NCBI GenBank assembly: GCA_029838195.1
Contig: JALGVJ010000014.1
Span: 1-64,000 of the forward strand
Origin: Promethearchaeota archaeon
Lineage (GTDB): Archaea; Asgardarchaeota; Lokiarchaeia; Sigyniarchaeales; SOKP01
DNA: 64,000 nt
Direction of reading: 5' to 3'
This document shows positions 1 through 10,846 of this stretch, one piece after another. Each line of letters starts with the position of its first letter. Positions within the stretch are counted from its first letter, which is position 1. The notes beneath the pieces are model-generated. The model ran no database searches, was not told where the DNA came from, and saw only the letters and a list, made by a program, of their open reading frames with translations. The position numbers and the translations under genes were made by a program.

Positions 1-243
1 TACCGGGACACGATTCCCGTGAGCCCGTTCACTTCGCAAGCGTGCGCAGCGTGCTTTCAGCAAGCGGGCACTCTGAGTAGGACGAGGGCGAACGGCATTC
101 CCTACCATGATTTCGAGTGCGATGCGTGCGGTCGCAGCACGTCAAGCGAGCCTCATCTCACGCGGCACTCGAATTCCGCCCGCCTCTCGGCGTTATTACT
201 TCAAGCTCATCTCGAATGCGGTGGCCTCTCGCCGCCGCCGTGA
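1..243 (+). CDS. tnpB: C-terminal fragment of a TnpB-like (IS200/IS605/IS607-associated) protein, 5'-truncated by the window edge
   Basis: Frame 1 is open from base 1: ...VSPFTSQACAAC...FECDACG...TRHSNSARL. This matches the TnpB 'V.P..TSQ.C..C / F.C..CG / RD.NAA' zinc-ribbon and RuvC-III pattern. GC is about 60%, far above the rest of the window. Confidence 0.7.
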   Translation, partial: YRDTIPVSPFTSQACAACFQQAGTLSRTRANGIPYHDFECDACGRSTSSEPHLTRHSNSARLSALLLQAHLECGGLSPPP

Positions 244-300
244 TGCATCAATCACCCTCCCGTTTCCTCTAACGACGGGAGGAAAGGACAATTGGTCCAC
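1..300 (+). mobile_element. Right end of an IS200/IS605-like element, with subterminal hairpins (putative omega-RNA scaffold)
   Basis: Hairpin cctcccgt(256-263)/acgggagg(275-282), small stem ggac/gtcc (286-298), then an abrupt drop to host-like AT richness after position 300. Confidence 0.55.
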
Positions 301-338
301 ATTTGGCCAAATTTATAGTTAGAGTTCTAAGAAAATGA

Positions 339-938
339 TTAACATCCTTTTTTTCTCTCCCTTTTTTTTTTAATTTTCACGTAAATGTTGAAATATGCAT
401 GAGAGGCCATGAATAAATGAAATAAAAAGCATGGTATTAATCCAAAGCTTAAGAAGAGCCCACCTAAACATGAGCCTAATAAAAAAGAATATCCCATGAA
501 TAAATAAACCAATTTTCTTTCTTTAAATGTTCGAATGAAATGGAGATGATAAAGGGAAAAAATGGTGCTTGAGAGAAAAATGCTTGAAATGGCATCTAGG
601 CACCAAACCAAGATACCAATACAATACAATCTAAAAATTAATTCTTCCATGAGCATTGTTAGGGGAAAAATCCCGTAAACAATGAATTTTTTACGTGAGA
701 GCATTGCATTCACAACAACTTGTTGTTTAGTTTCTTCCAACCAATTATCTTTTAAAAATAGCTTGATTATTCCTTCATTAATTAAAAGGAAAAAACAAGT
801 TCCGAAAAAAAGATAAAGGTATGGCAAGATCGTTAGGGGAATCTTCAAAACATGTTCTTCTTGAAAGCCAAAAAATAGAGGAATTAAAAGACCTAAGGTG
901 ATGAGAAAAAGAATTAAATGTTTCGAGAGAGAATTCAA
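339..938 (-). CDS. CPBP (Abi/CAAX-type) intramembrane metalloprotease
   Basis: EExxxR (EELIFR), FxxxH (FSLYH) and HxxxA motifs in a hydrophobic protein. Confidence 0.8.
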   Translation of the reverse strand: MNSLSKHLILFLITLGLLIPLFFGFQEEHVLKIPLTILPYLYLFFGTCFFLLINEGIIKLFLKDNWLEETKQQVVVNAMLSRKKFIVYGIFPLTMLMEELIFRLYCIGILVWCLDAISSIFLSSTIFSLYHLHFIRTFKERKLVYLFMGYSFLLGSCLGGLFLSFGLIPCFLFHLFMASHAYFNIYVKIKKKRERKKGC

Positions 939-981
939 TAAAATCCCTCACTCAATAATGTTATTCACCGTTTAGAGAATA

Positions 982-2361
982 TTATTGAGGTTTTGGTGTT
1001 ATTTTTAATACATGAACCGGTGATTCTGGCAAGTTAGAAGGGAGAAAAATCCTCGTGTGTCCTTGCTCCGCATGCCATTTTAAGAGATTGTCCTGACCAA
1101 GTAGAAGGATTTTAGAACTTTTTTCGAGAACCAAGGACGGTATCGAAAGGGAGGAAATACTAGGAGATGGTAGTTCCATTATAAATAGATATAAATCGTT
1201 TTCCTTACACGTGTATCTAATTTCAATATTTTCATTAGCCTTATCCGAGGGGCGAATCCACGGTCGCGTGCCATAAATCGCCTCTCCGTTAATTTCTAAC
1301 CATTGTCCTAAAGATAATAACACTTTTTTCTGAGCTTCGGGAATGGTACCATCTGCCATTGGACCCACGTTTAATAAAAGATTTCCATTTTTACTCACGA
1401 TATCCACGAACATTCGGATGAGCTCTTCTGATTTTAGATAATCCTCTTCCGATTCAAATTGATTATAGCCAAAAGAATTGCCGATACCCCGTGTCGATTC
1501 CCATTTTTTTTTCTTAATTTTCTTGAAGGTTTTATATTCAGGAGTAATGAAATCCGAATGATCTACTTTTGGAAAATCATCTCCTTTCTCGCGCAGTTGC
1601 TCCCACCTGTCATTTATCACGCCTTCCGGCACCTCATTATAATAATAGCTAAATAATTCAAGCAAATTGTTAGGAGGATATCCTATATCATTCCATAAAA
1701 TGTCGGGTTTATACTCTTCAATGAGCTCTCTCCAATGACTATTTGCATACTCAATATATTCCGGCGTCCTTACCCCATTCTTCAAAAACGTTTTGATATC
1801 TACGATGGGCTGGGGATTAAAGGACCAATCCAATGAACCAGAATAGTAAAATCCCATCTTCATGCCTTTTTTTCTCACGGCTGCTGATAATTCAGCAACA
1901 ATATTTCTGCTCGCATGATAATTTTTCTTTTTTGGATTAGGATGCTTGCTGGGCCACATTAAAAAGCCGTCGTGATGCTTGGTGACTAATACCACGTATT
2001 TAGCTCCTGCTTTCTTAAATAACCCTGCCCATTCGTCTGGGTTCCATTTTTTTATTTCCTCATTAAAGATTTCAACAAAATCATCATAAGTAAAATCTTT
2101 TCCATATTTCTCGAAATGGTATTTTTGAGTTTCTGAGGGAATTCTGAGGGAATTTAAGTACCATTCTGCATAAGGGTTATTCTTGAAATGTTCTTCTATC
2201 CCCCTTTTCATGGATTGAATTAAATCTAATCCCGTCACGGCAAAAGCGGGTACGGAATATAACCCCCAATGAATGAAAATGCCCAGCTTAGCATCATGAA
2301 ACCAAGCTGGAACTTCATGCTTTTTCAAGGATTCTATAGTCGGAGAATATTTCATTTTCAT
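982..2361 (-). CDS. Alpha-L-fucosidase (GH29)
   Basis: WFHDAKLGIFIHWG, YAEWY, TKHHDGF, LWND nucleophile, VSKNGNLLLNVGP. Confidence 0.95.
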   Translation of the reverse strand: MKMKYSPTIESLKKHEVPAWFHDAKLGIFIHWGLYSVPAFAVTGLDLIQSMKRGIEEHFKNNPYAEWYLNSLRIPSETQKYHFEKYGKDFTYDDFVEIFNEEIKKWNPDEWAGLFKKAGAKYVVLVTKHHDGFLMWPSKHPNPKKKNYHASRNIVAELSAAVRKKGMKMGFYYSGSLDWSFNPQPIVDIKTFLKNGVRTPEYIEYANSHWRELIEEYKPDILWNDIGYPPNNLLELFSYYYNEVPEGVINDRWEQLREKGDDFPKVDHSDFITPEYKTFKKIKKKKWESTRGIGNSFGYNQFESEEDYLKSEELIRMFVDIVSKNGNLLLNVGPMADGTIPEAQKKVLLSLGQWLEINGEAIYGTRPWIRPSDKANENIEIRYTCKENDLYLFIMELPSPSISSLSIPSLVLEKSSKILLLGQDNLLKWHAEQGHTRIFLPSNLPESPVHVLKITPKPQ

Positions 2362-2451
2362 ACCTTCATTTTCAATAATTCTATAATGGAAATTGTATTT
2401 AAGAAAATATAAATATTAATCAAATCGAATAAAAGGTGTAAAATAAAAAAA

Positions 2452-2943
2452 ATGAATGAGAAAAAATTGGAGGGCATGGAATTAAATTTAGGGGATCTCA
2501 AAGTAGATCAGTTAGGGTATGTATACCGGGATATAGAAAAGCAAGCCCGTTTTTTAGAGAGCCAATTTCACCTCCCTAAATTCGCTTTTTTTGATAACAT
2601 TGACACGCCATTTAAATACAGGGGAAAAGATACGGTTATTTCCACTAAAATTGGGTTAAGTCGCATTTTCAGCACGCAAATTGAATTAATTCAATTAATT
2701 AAAGGGGAATGCATTTTTAAAGAATTTTTAGATGCCGGAAAAGAAGGGCTCCATCATTTTGGAATATTCGTGGATGATTTGGATTCTTATGTGAAAAAAT
2801 TTACAGATTTAGGATATGAAATTGTCCATCAAGGACAAACATGGCGTCAAAAAGTAACCTATTTTGATACCATGAAACCCTTCGGAATTTTAATCGAATT
2901 TCAAGAAACAATTACAAGAAAGAAAAAAAAACAAATAGAATAA
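2452..2943 (+). CDS. VOC/glyoxalase family protein (methylmalonyl-CoA epimerase-like)
   Basis: DQLGYV, QIELIQ, EGLHHFG and LIEF metal-site pattern. Confidence 0.8.
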   Translation: MNEKKLEGMELNLGDLKVDQLGYVYRDIEKQARFLESQFHLPKFAFFDNIDTPFKYRGKDTVISTKIGLSRIFSTQIELIQLIKGECIFKEFLDAGKEGLHHFGIFVDDLDSYVKKFTDLGYEIVHQGQTWRQKVTYFDTMKPFGILIEFQETITRKKKKQIE

Positions 2944-3000
2944 GGCAATATAATATTGAAATTTTCTTATGAATCTCAATATTGTTTTTTATTTTTTAAT

Positions 3001-4812
3001 TTATATCCCTCTATTCGTTCCATAAAGAGGCCCATAAATACGACAAGCCCGAAAATCTGCTCCTTCTAAATCCATGGTTCCAAATGAGGACCAAGCACTA
3101 GGTCTAAAAATCTTTTCTTCGGAAACATTGTGCATGTTCACGGGCATTCTTAATATGGAAGCCAACGTGATAAAATCGGCTCCCACGTGTCCATAGCAAA
3201 CTGCGGCATGATTTGCACCCCAATTGTTCATTACATCATAGACACTTTTAAATGCGCCTTCTCCCGTTAAACGAGGTACAAACCACGTGGTCGGCCAAGT
3301 ATTGTTGGTCCGATCATCTAAAATCGCATGAATTTCAGGGTCTAAATCAACAGTCCATCCTTCTGCTAATTGCAAAACTAATCCTAACCCCTTCACGATG
3401 TTTATCCTCGACATGGTCACGGGCATGCCCCCTCGGGTAAGAAAATTGGAAGAAAATCCACCGCCTGGGAAATATTCCCTAATTACCGGACACCACCTCG
3501 TGGCGGATAAACATTTTTTCACTTCTTCTTCTGTTATTTCCCAGAATGGTTTTAGAGCAGGTTTTCCATCTTGCTCTTGCTGTCCTGTTCCATCCAGGGT
3601 TGCGGAACCAGAATTAATGAGATGAATAATGCCGTTTTTTGTGATTCCCGTTAATTCTTTTCCCGTGACTCTTTTGACCGCCTCAGGACTCCAATATGTC
3701 CTTACATCTGCGAAAATTTGAGAGGTTTGAGTCAGTAAATGACCAAAAAGCATCGCCATGGCATTTAAAGAATCATTTTCCGTTGCGAAAATGAAAGATT
3801 GCCGAATACCATTCCAATCAAATGAAGAATTCAATATTGATTCCATGAAATCTCCATTTGGCATGAAATCAGTCCAATTTCTTTGCCCTTGAAAGCCTGC
3901 GGCGATGGCATCATGCCCTAAAGACTCCTCTCCAAATCCCAATTCCTTCAACTTAGGATTTCCGATCATTAAATCCCTACAAATCATGGTCATTTTAATG
4001 ACGATTTCCCATTCAGCATCCTTTTCAGCCCGAGTTTTTTGCTTTTCTGGAGGATTTACATCCATGCCTTCTTTACAATACCGTTTTACCCAATTTAGGG
4101 CTTTTTCAAATTCTTCTCGGTCGAAAATGTTCTCTTTTAACCGTCTCGAAATTTCTGACATGTCCACGTATTCGGTTCTCATGCCTAAATAATTCTGAAA
4201 ATAGTCATCTTTCAAAATTGATCCGGCAATTCCCATAGAAACGCTACCAATGGATAGATATGACTTTCCTCTCATCCAAGCCACGGCTAATCCCGCTCTC
4301 GCAAACTTTAATAATTTATCTTTTACATCTTCTGGAATAGTAGTATCCGAAGCATCTTGTACGTCCTTTCCATATATACCAAAAGCAGGAAGCCCTTTTT
4401 GATCGTGGGCAGCTAAAACTGCGGCTAAAAACACGGCTCCCGGACGTTCAGTCCCATTGAATCCCCAAATGGCCTTAGGCATGTAAGGATTAACATCCAT
4501 AACCTCACTGCTATAACACCAACAAGGCGTCACGGTAATGGAAAGCCCCACTTTTTCCCTCTCAAATTTTTCAGCACATTCAGCAGCTTGCGCAACACCT
4601 CCTATAGTGGTATCGGCAATCACGCATTCCACTCTACTACCATTAGGATGCCTCAAGTTATTAGATAAAAAATCAGCACAAGCACCTGCTAACTTCATGG
4701 TCTGCTCTTCCAAGGATTCTCTAACCCCTTTCTCTCGTCCGTCAATGGTTGGACGAATGCCTATTTTGGGAAGAGATCCTTTAAGCCTTCTTACTCCCAC
4801 GTGTCGTTCCAT
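3001..4812 (-). CDS. fucI: L-fucose isomerase
   Basis: [51 protein letters not shown]; 603 aa. Confidence 0.97.
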   Translation of the reverse strand: MERHVGVRRLKGSLPKIGIRPTIDGREKGVRESLEEQTMKLAGACADFLSNNLRHPNGSRVECVIADTTIGGVAQAAECAEKFEREKVGLSITVTPCWCYSSEVMDVNPYMPKAIWGFNGTERPGAVFLAAVLAAHDQKGLPAFGIYGKDVQDASDTTIPEDVKDKLLKFARAGLAVAWMRGKSYLSIGSVSMGIAGSILKDDYFQNYLGMRTEYVDMSEISRRLKENIFDREEFEKALNWVKRYCKEGMDVNPPEKQKTRAEKDAEWEIVIKMTMICRDLMIGNPKLKELGFGEESLGHDAIAAGFQGQRNWTDFMPNGDFMESILNSSFDWNGIRQSFIFATENDSLNAMAMLFGHLLTQTSQIFADVRTYWSPEAVKRVTGKELTGITKNGIIHLINSGSATLDGTGQQEQDGKPALKPFWEITEEEVKKCLSATRWCPVIREYFPGGGFSSNFLTRGGMPVTMSRINIVKGLGLVLQLAEGWTVDLDPEIHAILDDRTNNTWPTTWFVPRLTGEGAFKSVYDVMNNWGANHAAVCYGHVGADFITLASILRMPVNMHNVSEEKIFRPSAWSSFGTMDLEGADFRACRIYGPLYGTNRGI

Positions 4813-4992
4813 AAGGTCCCACCTTTTTGAGAAAATTCATACTTGATTTAATTTGTTCCATTTCTTGCCTTATTTCATGATCCCTTTAGTTAAAATATTT
4901 CACTTTCATAAATAAAAGATAAGATTTATTATTTGAAATCCTACTATTTATTATTATATTTATTATTATATTTGAGTAAGAGGTTAATTATA

Positions 4993-6513
4993 ATGTCAGA
5001 AGTATATAAAAAACTCGAAAAAATCGTGACGGAAAAATTTATCTCCAATAATCTCATTGTACGGCATGCTTACTCCAGAAATGTCGATCCCGTGCTTCAA
5101 GGTGTTCCCGATATTGTAATTAGACCTAAAAACGCTGAAGAAATATCTGAAATCCTTAAAATCGCCAATGAAGAAAATGTTCCCGTGATTCCAAGGGGCG
5201 GGGGCGATTGTGAATTTGGCGGAAGCAAGCCCGTGGAAGATGGAGGGATCGTGCTTGATATGAAACGCATGAATAATATCATTCACTTAGACGAGGATAA
5301 TTTAACAGTTACCGTAGAAGCAGGAATCTCTTGGGGTAAATTAAATGAATATTTGTGTCATTATGGTCTGTACACGGGTTGCATGGGCCCTGGTTCGGGC
5401 ATGACAGCATCCGTAGGAGGCGGCATATCCCACCATTCTGTTGGAGGAGGTGGTTGTGCAAAATACGGTTCTTGTACTAATCAATTAGTGGGACTCCAAG
5501 TAGTACTTCCCACGGGAGAGATAATTGAGACGGGCTCTAAAGCGAATAAATACACTAAACAGCATTTCAATAGATGTGGAAACGGTCCCGATTTGAATGG
5601 ATTGTTTTGCGGAGATAACGGAATTCTTGGCGTGAAAACCCAAGTTACCTTGCAAGTATTCCCGAGACCTCAATACGCAGATTATAAAACCTTTTTATTG
5701 CCCAGAAAAGATAGGGCGGTATCTTCCAAGATTTTCTCAGAAGTAAGACGTGCAGGCATTGATGTTTATGATTTAATGTATATTTATGATATAATAGTGA
5801 AGATTGGATGTCAACAAGGCATGTTTCCCCTTTGGGATCACATAAAGAAGAAAAGAGCCATTATGTTTTACACTGTTGAGGCGAATTCAGAGGGAGAGTT
5901 AAAGGAAAAAGTGAAACAATTGGATCAAATTTTCCTAAATAATAAATGTGAGTCATTAGGGCCGGAAATCTCGGATGGAAATATCGCCAAGTGGCATTAT
6001 GTTGAACAAGGGCATTGGCAATTTTATCATAATCTCTGGGGTATGGTACCGGCCTTAGAGCCTTGTACAGCAGAATGTTTCACTCCAATTAACATGTATC
6101 CTAAGATTTTAGATGATATTGATCAATGGGACATGGAACATAACGATGACATGCAAGTATTTACAAATATAACAGGACAGCGGCCGATTTCGGGATCTGG
6201 GCCCATTTTATTAATTGATGGGTGCAATGTAGAATTGACATGCGGGTTTACGACATTTGGAAGCTATTATAACGGGGAGATCCATGAAAATTTCGAGGAA
6301 CTCAATTTAAGGCTGTGGAAATCATTTTTAGAGCGAGTGACGAAATGGGGCGTGGAATGGTACATGATGGGCGAGTTTGCGAGCCGATTGATGGTAGATC
6401 TTGAAGCTTATTTACCAGAATATTATAAGCTCTTGGCTACAGTGAAGAATGCTCTCGATCCAAAAAATATCTTAAGTACAGGAAAATTTAATTTTTGGGG
6501 AGGGAAAAGGTAA
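4993..6513 (+). CDS. FAD-linked oxidase, GlcD/D-lactate dehydrogenase family
   Basis: PDIVIRP, PRGGG, DMKRMN, LGVKTQVTL, KNALDPKNIL. ATG at 4993 preferred over TTG at 4933. Confidence 0.85.
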   Translation: MSEVYKKLEKIVTEKFISNNLIVRHAYSRNVDPVLQGVPDIVIRPKNAEEISEILKIANEENVPVIPRGGGDCEFGGSKPVEDGGIVLDMKRMNNIIHLDEDNLTVTVEAGISWGKLNEYLCHYGLYTGCMGPGSGMTASVGGGISHHSVGGGGCAKYGSCTNQLVGLQVVLPTGEIIETGSKANKYTKQHFNRCGNGPDLNGLFCGDNGILGVKTQVTLQVFPRPQYADYKTFLLPRKDRAVSSKIFSEVRRAGIDVYDLMYIYDIIVKIGCQQGMFPLWDHIKKKRAIMFYTVEANSEGELKEKVKQLDQIFLNNKCESLGPEISDGNIAKWHYVEQGHWQFYHNLWGMVPALEPCTAECFTPINMYPKILDDIDQWDMEHNDDMQVFTNITGQRPISGSGPILLIDGCNVELTCGFTTFGSYYNGEIHENFEELNLRLWKSFLERVTKWGVEWYMMGEFASRLMVDLEAYLPEYYKLLATVKNALDPKNILSTGKFNFWGGKR

Positions 6514-7749
6514 ATGACGGAATTAAAACACTTGAAAAAAGAATGGGAAGGAATCATGAGCTGCATGGGCTGTGGAGATTGCGGATATTCAATAAGACCG
6601 GCGGTGGGAAGATATCTAACATGTGCGGTGAAAGAAGCAAAAGGAGAAGAGGGTTTTGAAATTTATTTTTCGCGCGGGAGAATGAACGTACTAAAAAGTG
6701 TATTGGAAGGCAAGCTTCCGTTGAGCAAGGAATTAGCGGAATTCGTATATCAATGCACGGAATGCGCAAATTGTTCGGAAGTATGTCACATGACGCACAA
6801 TGATTTAATCGTGTTAAATACTTCCAAGTGGATTGACCATTATAAAGTATGGGATGCTTTAAGGCGGGATTTAGTTGAAGCAGGAGTTGCTCCTTTAGAA
6901 AGGCATGCCGACCTCATTCGATACATGAAAGATGATTCCATGAAGAATCCTTATGGTGAGCAGAGAGAGAAAAAATACGAATGGGCCGAAGAATTTTCTA
7001 TTTTTAAAGATAAGGGTGAATTTGTATTTTTTGCCGGGTGTACCATGCCCTTACGGCAACAAGAAACTTTGAAAAATATGATGAAGATTTTAAAAGCTGG
7101 TGGAATAGATATCGCTCATTCCAAGGATGAATGGTGTTGTGGTTCTATTGGATTGAGAATTGGAGATTATGATTCGGTTTCTCATCTCATTCAGCATAAT
7201 ATCGATTTATTCAAAAAAATGGGAGCAAAAACCGTCTTCACGGCATGTGCGGGCTGTTACCGCACGTTAAAGAGAGATTATTCCGAAATATTGGGTATTG
7301 ATTTGCCTTTTGAAGTTAAGCATATCACTGAAATATTAATAGATATGTTAAAAAAGAATAAAATTCCTTTTAAACAAGCGGAAGGAGAGAGTAAGCTTGT
7401 TACATATCACGATCCATGTCATTTAGGACGACACATGGATTTATACGAGATTCCAAGAGAAGTCATTTCAAAGATACCTGGCGTGGAATTAATAGAAATG
7501 AGGAGAAACAGAAAACATGCGTGGTGTTGCGGAGCGGGAGGGGGTGTGAAGAGTCAATATCCCGATTTGGCTAAAGAGATTTCGAAAGAGCGGATCAAGG
7601 AAGCCGTGGAGGCGGGAGCAGACATTCTCACCACGAGCTGTCCCTTTTGTATTGGAAATTTTCGGGATGCTTATGATGAATTGGAAGAGGAAATTAAAAA
7701 CAAGATCGAAGTGATCGATCTAATTGATTTGATCGCGTCTAAATTATGA
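6514..7749 (+). CDS. Fe-S oxidoreductase with CCG domains (GlcF/HdrD-like)
   Basis: CxxCxxC clusters, two CCG motifs, YHDPCHLGR; starts directly after the upstream stop. Confidence 0.9.
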   Translation: MTELKHLKKEWEGIMSCMGCGDCGYSIRPAVGRYLTCAVKEAKGEEGFEIYFSRGRMNVLKSVLEGKLPLSKELAEFVYQCTECANCSEVCHMTHNDLIVLNTSKWIDHYKVWDALRRDLVEAGVAPLERHADLIRYMKDDSMKNPYGEQREKKYEWAEEFSIFKDKGEFVFFAGCTMPLRQQETLKNMMKILKAGGIDIAHSKDEWCCGSIGLRIGDYDSVSHLIQHNIDLFKKMGAKTVFTACAGCYRTLKRDYSEILGIDLPFEVKHITEILIDMLKKNKIPFKQAEGESKLVTYHDPCHLGRHMDLYEIPREVISKIPGVELIEMRRNRKHAWCCGAGGGVKSQYPDLAKEISKERIKEAVEAGADILTTSCPFCIGNFRDAYDELEEEIKNKIEVIDLIDLIASKL

Positions 7750-8026
7750 GGGAACATGGAAAAAACCCAATAGAAATAAAAAAATTCAATTATTTTTTTT
7801 CTAAATTTAAAAGAGTATTTGGTTTAAAAGATTAAACATTAAACTTTCTTTGAGGAAAGTTTTTAACAAAAATCGATTAATTATTCTATAAAACCAAATA
7901 TACAATTCATTATCAAGGTATAAGGTCATGTCGATTTCATACATAATTTTTCTTTAGAATTAAAATAAAAATGGAAAAAAGTTCACGATTGAGAATAATC
8001 GTAAAAATCAAGAGATAAATGAAAAA

Positions 8027-9664
8027 ATGGATTTATTAGAACAACAGCAATTAAAACAAAAAATTAAGGAATTAAATTGCCTATATAATCTTTCGACTGC
8101 AATTTCTGAAAAAGGCTTGACGATAGAAGAGATTATTAATCGAACCATTACTATAATTCCTACTGCGTGCTTAGAACCGAATTTGGTTTCCGTACGAATT
8201 TCGTGGAATGGTGATAGTTTTCAATCCAAAAATTTTAGGGAAACTAAATGGCGAATGGAAAGTTTAACGATGATTGAAAAAAAAGAATTAAGAATTGAAT
8301 TGTTTCATGAAGAGCAGCGATTATACTTGCCAGAAGAGCAATCTTTCTTGAATGAAATTTCTCAACGGTTAAAAATGAGCATTGAAAATCGGCTTGTCGT
8401 AGAGAATTTAGAAAATACATTAGAAAGGAGCAAGAGACATGAAATTGAGATGAATTCATTACTAGAAGCAACAAAATTCATTTTTAAATATTCACGATTT
8501 AATGACGCCGCACGGGCCATATTTGATTCCTGTAAAAAATTAATTGGAGCAGCTTCCGGCTATGTAGCATTGTTGTCCGAAGATGGCAAGCAAAATGAAC
8601 TCTTATTTTTAGATTCAGGGGGCTTAGAATGCACTGTTGACCCAACACTTCCGATGCCGATCCGAGGATTGAGAGCAGAAGCTTATAAAACGGCAAAAGC
8701 GGTTTATCATAATGATTTCATGAATAGCAAGTGGCAGCATTTAATACCTGAGGGACATGTGATTCTAAATAATGTCTTGTTTGCCCCATTGAACCTGGAA
8801 GGCAAAACCATTGGAATTATGGGTCTTGCAAACAAAAAAGGGGGTTTTACAGTAAAAGATCTCCAATTAGCTTCAGCTTTTTCAGAATTAGCCGCCATAT
8901 CTCTCTATAATAGTAAGATTTTAGAATCTTTAAAACAATCGGAAAAGAATTATTATCAAGCGTACAATAAATCTGAACTATTGAAAAATATTTTCATGCA
9001 CGACATGAATAACATCATTCAAAATATTAAATCTTCCATGGAATTAATAGAGTATTTCGGCAAGAATGAAAAATTAGGAAAAGAGATAAAAAAATATCTT
9101 GAAATCATTGATGATCAAATAAATCGAGGAATGAAACTCGTTACAAACATCCGTAAAATATCATTATTAGAAGATAGAAAACAGGAACTCTATTTAATTA
9201 ATTTGAACGGGATTTTGGAAAAGACAATTGATTACGTGAAAAATTCCTACGTGGAACAGCAAGTTTTCATTGAAGTACGGAAAAAAGAATTAGATTGTCC
9301 GAAAGTTTTAGCTAATGAATTATTATCAGATGTATTCGAGAATCTTTTGATTAATGCTATCAAATATAATGAAAATACAAGAAAAGAGATCATTATTAAC
9401 ATTGAAAGAAAAAAGGAAAAAAACCAATCATGGGTCATTGTTGAAATTATTGATAATGGTATGGGAATTCCCGATGAAATAAAAGCGATTCTATTTAAAG
9501 AAGAGGTAAAAAGAGGTTATCATAGAAAAGGATTGGGATTAGGATTGATATTAGTTAAAAAAATTATAGATTCTTATAACGGTAAAATATGGATAGAAGA
9601 TAGATTTCGTGGTGATCATTCGAAAGGAAGTAAATTCGTTCTAATGTTAAATTCCTACGATTAA
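8027..9664 (+). CDS. GAF-domain sensor histidine kinase
   Basis: GAF region, H-box FMHDMNN, N-box NLLINAIKY, DNGMGI, GLGLGL. Confidence 0.9.
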   Translation: MDLLEQQQLKQKIKELNCLYNLSTAISEKGLTIEEIINRTITIIPTACLEPNLVSVRISWNGDSFQSKNFRETKWRMESLTMIEKKELRIELFHEEQRLYLPEEQSFLNEISQRLKMSIENRLVVENLENTLERSKRHEIEMNSLLEATKFIFKYSRFNDAARAIFDSCKKLIGAASGYVALLSEDGKQNELLFLDSGGLECTVDPTLPMPIRGLRAEAYKTAKAVYHNDFMNSKWQHLIPEGHVILNNVLFAPLNLEGKTIGIMGLANKKGGFTVKDLQLASAFSELAAISLYNSKILESLKQSEKNYYQAYNKSELLKNIFMHDMNNIIQNIKSSMELIEYFGKNEKLGKEIKKYLEIIDDQINRGMKLVTNIRKISLLEDRKQELYLINLNGILEKTIDYVKNSYVEQQVFIEVRKKELDCPKVLANELLSDVFENLLINAIKYNENTRKEIIINIERKKEKNQSWVIVEIIDNGMGIPDEIKAILFKEEVKRGYHRKGLGLGLILVKKIIDSYNGKIWIEDRFRGDHSKGSKFVLMLNSYD

Positions 9665-9763
9665 GAAGATTTAATACATTGAAGAGGACATTTCGTGGTT
9701 ATAAAGTATATTTTCTTTTTTTAATTTTGCATTATAAAAAATATTAAACGAGGAAATATTCCC

Positions 9764-10387
9764 ATGGAAGATTTAACAATTTTTTTAAGACCAACGGAAT
9801 TTCTTGACCATGATAAAAAGTATGTACGGCAGAAAGCTCTTGGAATAACAGAAGGATTAAAGGATGAGGTGGAGAAGGCCAAAAAACTTTTTTATTTCGT
9901 GCGTGATGAGATAAAATACAACATGTATACTTACATGCCCAAATCTAAATCTAATCTCAAGGCCTCTGTCACTTTGCGAAGAGGGCATGGTTTTTGCATG
10001 TCGAAAGCTGTCTTATTATCTGCCCTTGCGAGAGCCGTGAAAATCCCTGCAAGAATTCACATGGTAGATATAATTAATCACAAGATATCGCAAAAGGTCA
10101 AGGAATTAATGGGCACGAATGTTTTTTTTTGTCATGGCTATAGTGAATTATATATCGATGGAAAATGGATTAAATTCACCCCGGCATTTGATCAATCAAC
10201 AGCAGAGAAAGCAGGTTACCTGCCAAATGCAGAATTTGATGGGGTCCATGATGCCATGCTTTCAAAACACGATTTACATGGAAATTTGTTGGTGGAATAT
10301 ATAAATGATAGGGGCATCTATTCCGATGTTCCTATTGAAGAGATAAGAAAAATATTTGAGAAGGAATATAAATTATTTAAAATATGA
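9764..10387 (+). CDS. Transglutaminase-like protein
   Basis: GFCMSKA (Cys), ARAVKIPAR, HGYSE. Confidence 0.85.
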   Translation: MEDLTIFLRPTEFLDHDKKYVRQKALGITEGLKDEVEKAKKLFYFVRDEIKYNMYTYMPKSKSNLKASVTLRRGHGFCMSKAVLLSALARAVKIPARIHMVDIINHKISQKVKELMGTNVFFCHGYSELYIDGKWIKFTPAFDQSTAEKAGYLPNAEFDGVHDAMLSKHDLHGNLLVEYINDRGIYSDVPIEEIRKIFEKEYKLFKI

Positions 10388-10582
10388 TAATGGAAAAGTG
10401 AAATTTATAATCTTCTCAAAAATCAAGAGTGTTAAAATTTATAAATTAAAAGATAATCTCCATTATTACTTATATTTTTCTTAATTTTTTCCATGTCTAC
10501 TTATTTTTTAGGAGAATAAATATCAAATAGTATTTTTTTCATTCTTTTCTTGAATTACATGAACAAATTAATGGTGGTAAGA

Positions 10583-10750
10583 ATGTTAGACATTCAAAAA
10601 ATTAGGGAAAGAAGAAATAATCTTCAGAATTATAAAGAAGCATTAGAAGAGTATGTAATTTCTCATGGATGTTGTTTATTTCACGATTCCGAAGAATTTT
10701 CTAGGTTTACCGATGAAGAAGACGATATTCTTCCCGAAGAATCTTTATAA
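10583..10750 (+). CDS. Small hypothetical protein (55 aa) with acidic tail
   Basis: ATG at 10583 after a GGTGG SD-like sequence; fills the gap between two co-oriented genes. Confidence 0.45.
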   Translation: MLDIQKIRERRNNLQNYKEALEEYVISHGCCLFHDSEEFSRFTDEEDDILPEESL

Positions 10751-10846
10751 AACTATTATTTCCACATTTTCATGAAAAGTTGAGGTTCCTTTAATAAAAA
10801 ATTCGTTAAACACAATCTTATAAAACCATGAATTATTACTCTAACC

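Noticed and set aside
1-300. rRNA, RNase P or group II intron fragment (because of high GC)
   Set aside because: No recognisable conserved RNA motifs; the TnpB-like reading frame explains the segment better.
6514-7749. Selenocysteine read-through in redox genes
   Set aside because: The proteins look complete at their stops; no in-frame TGA at a conserved Cys position was seen.
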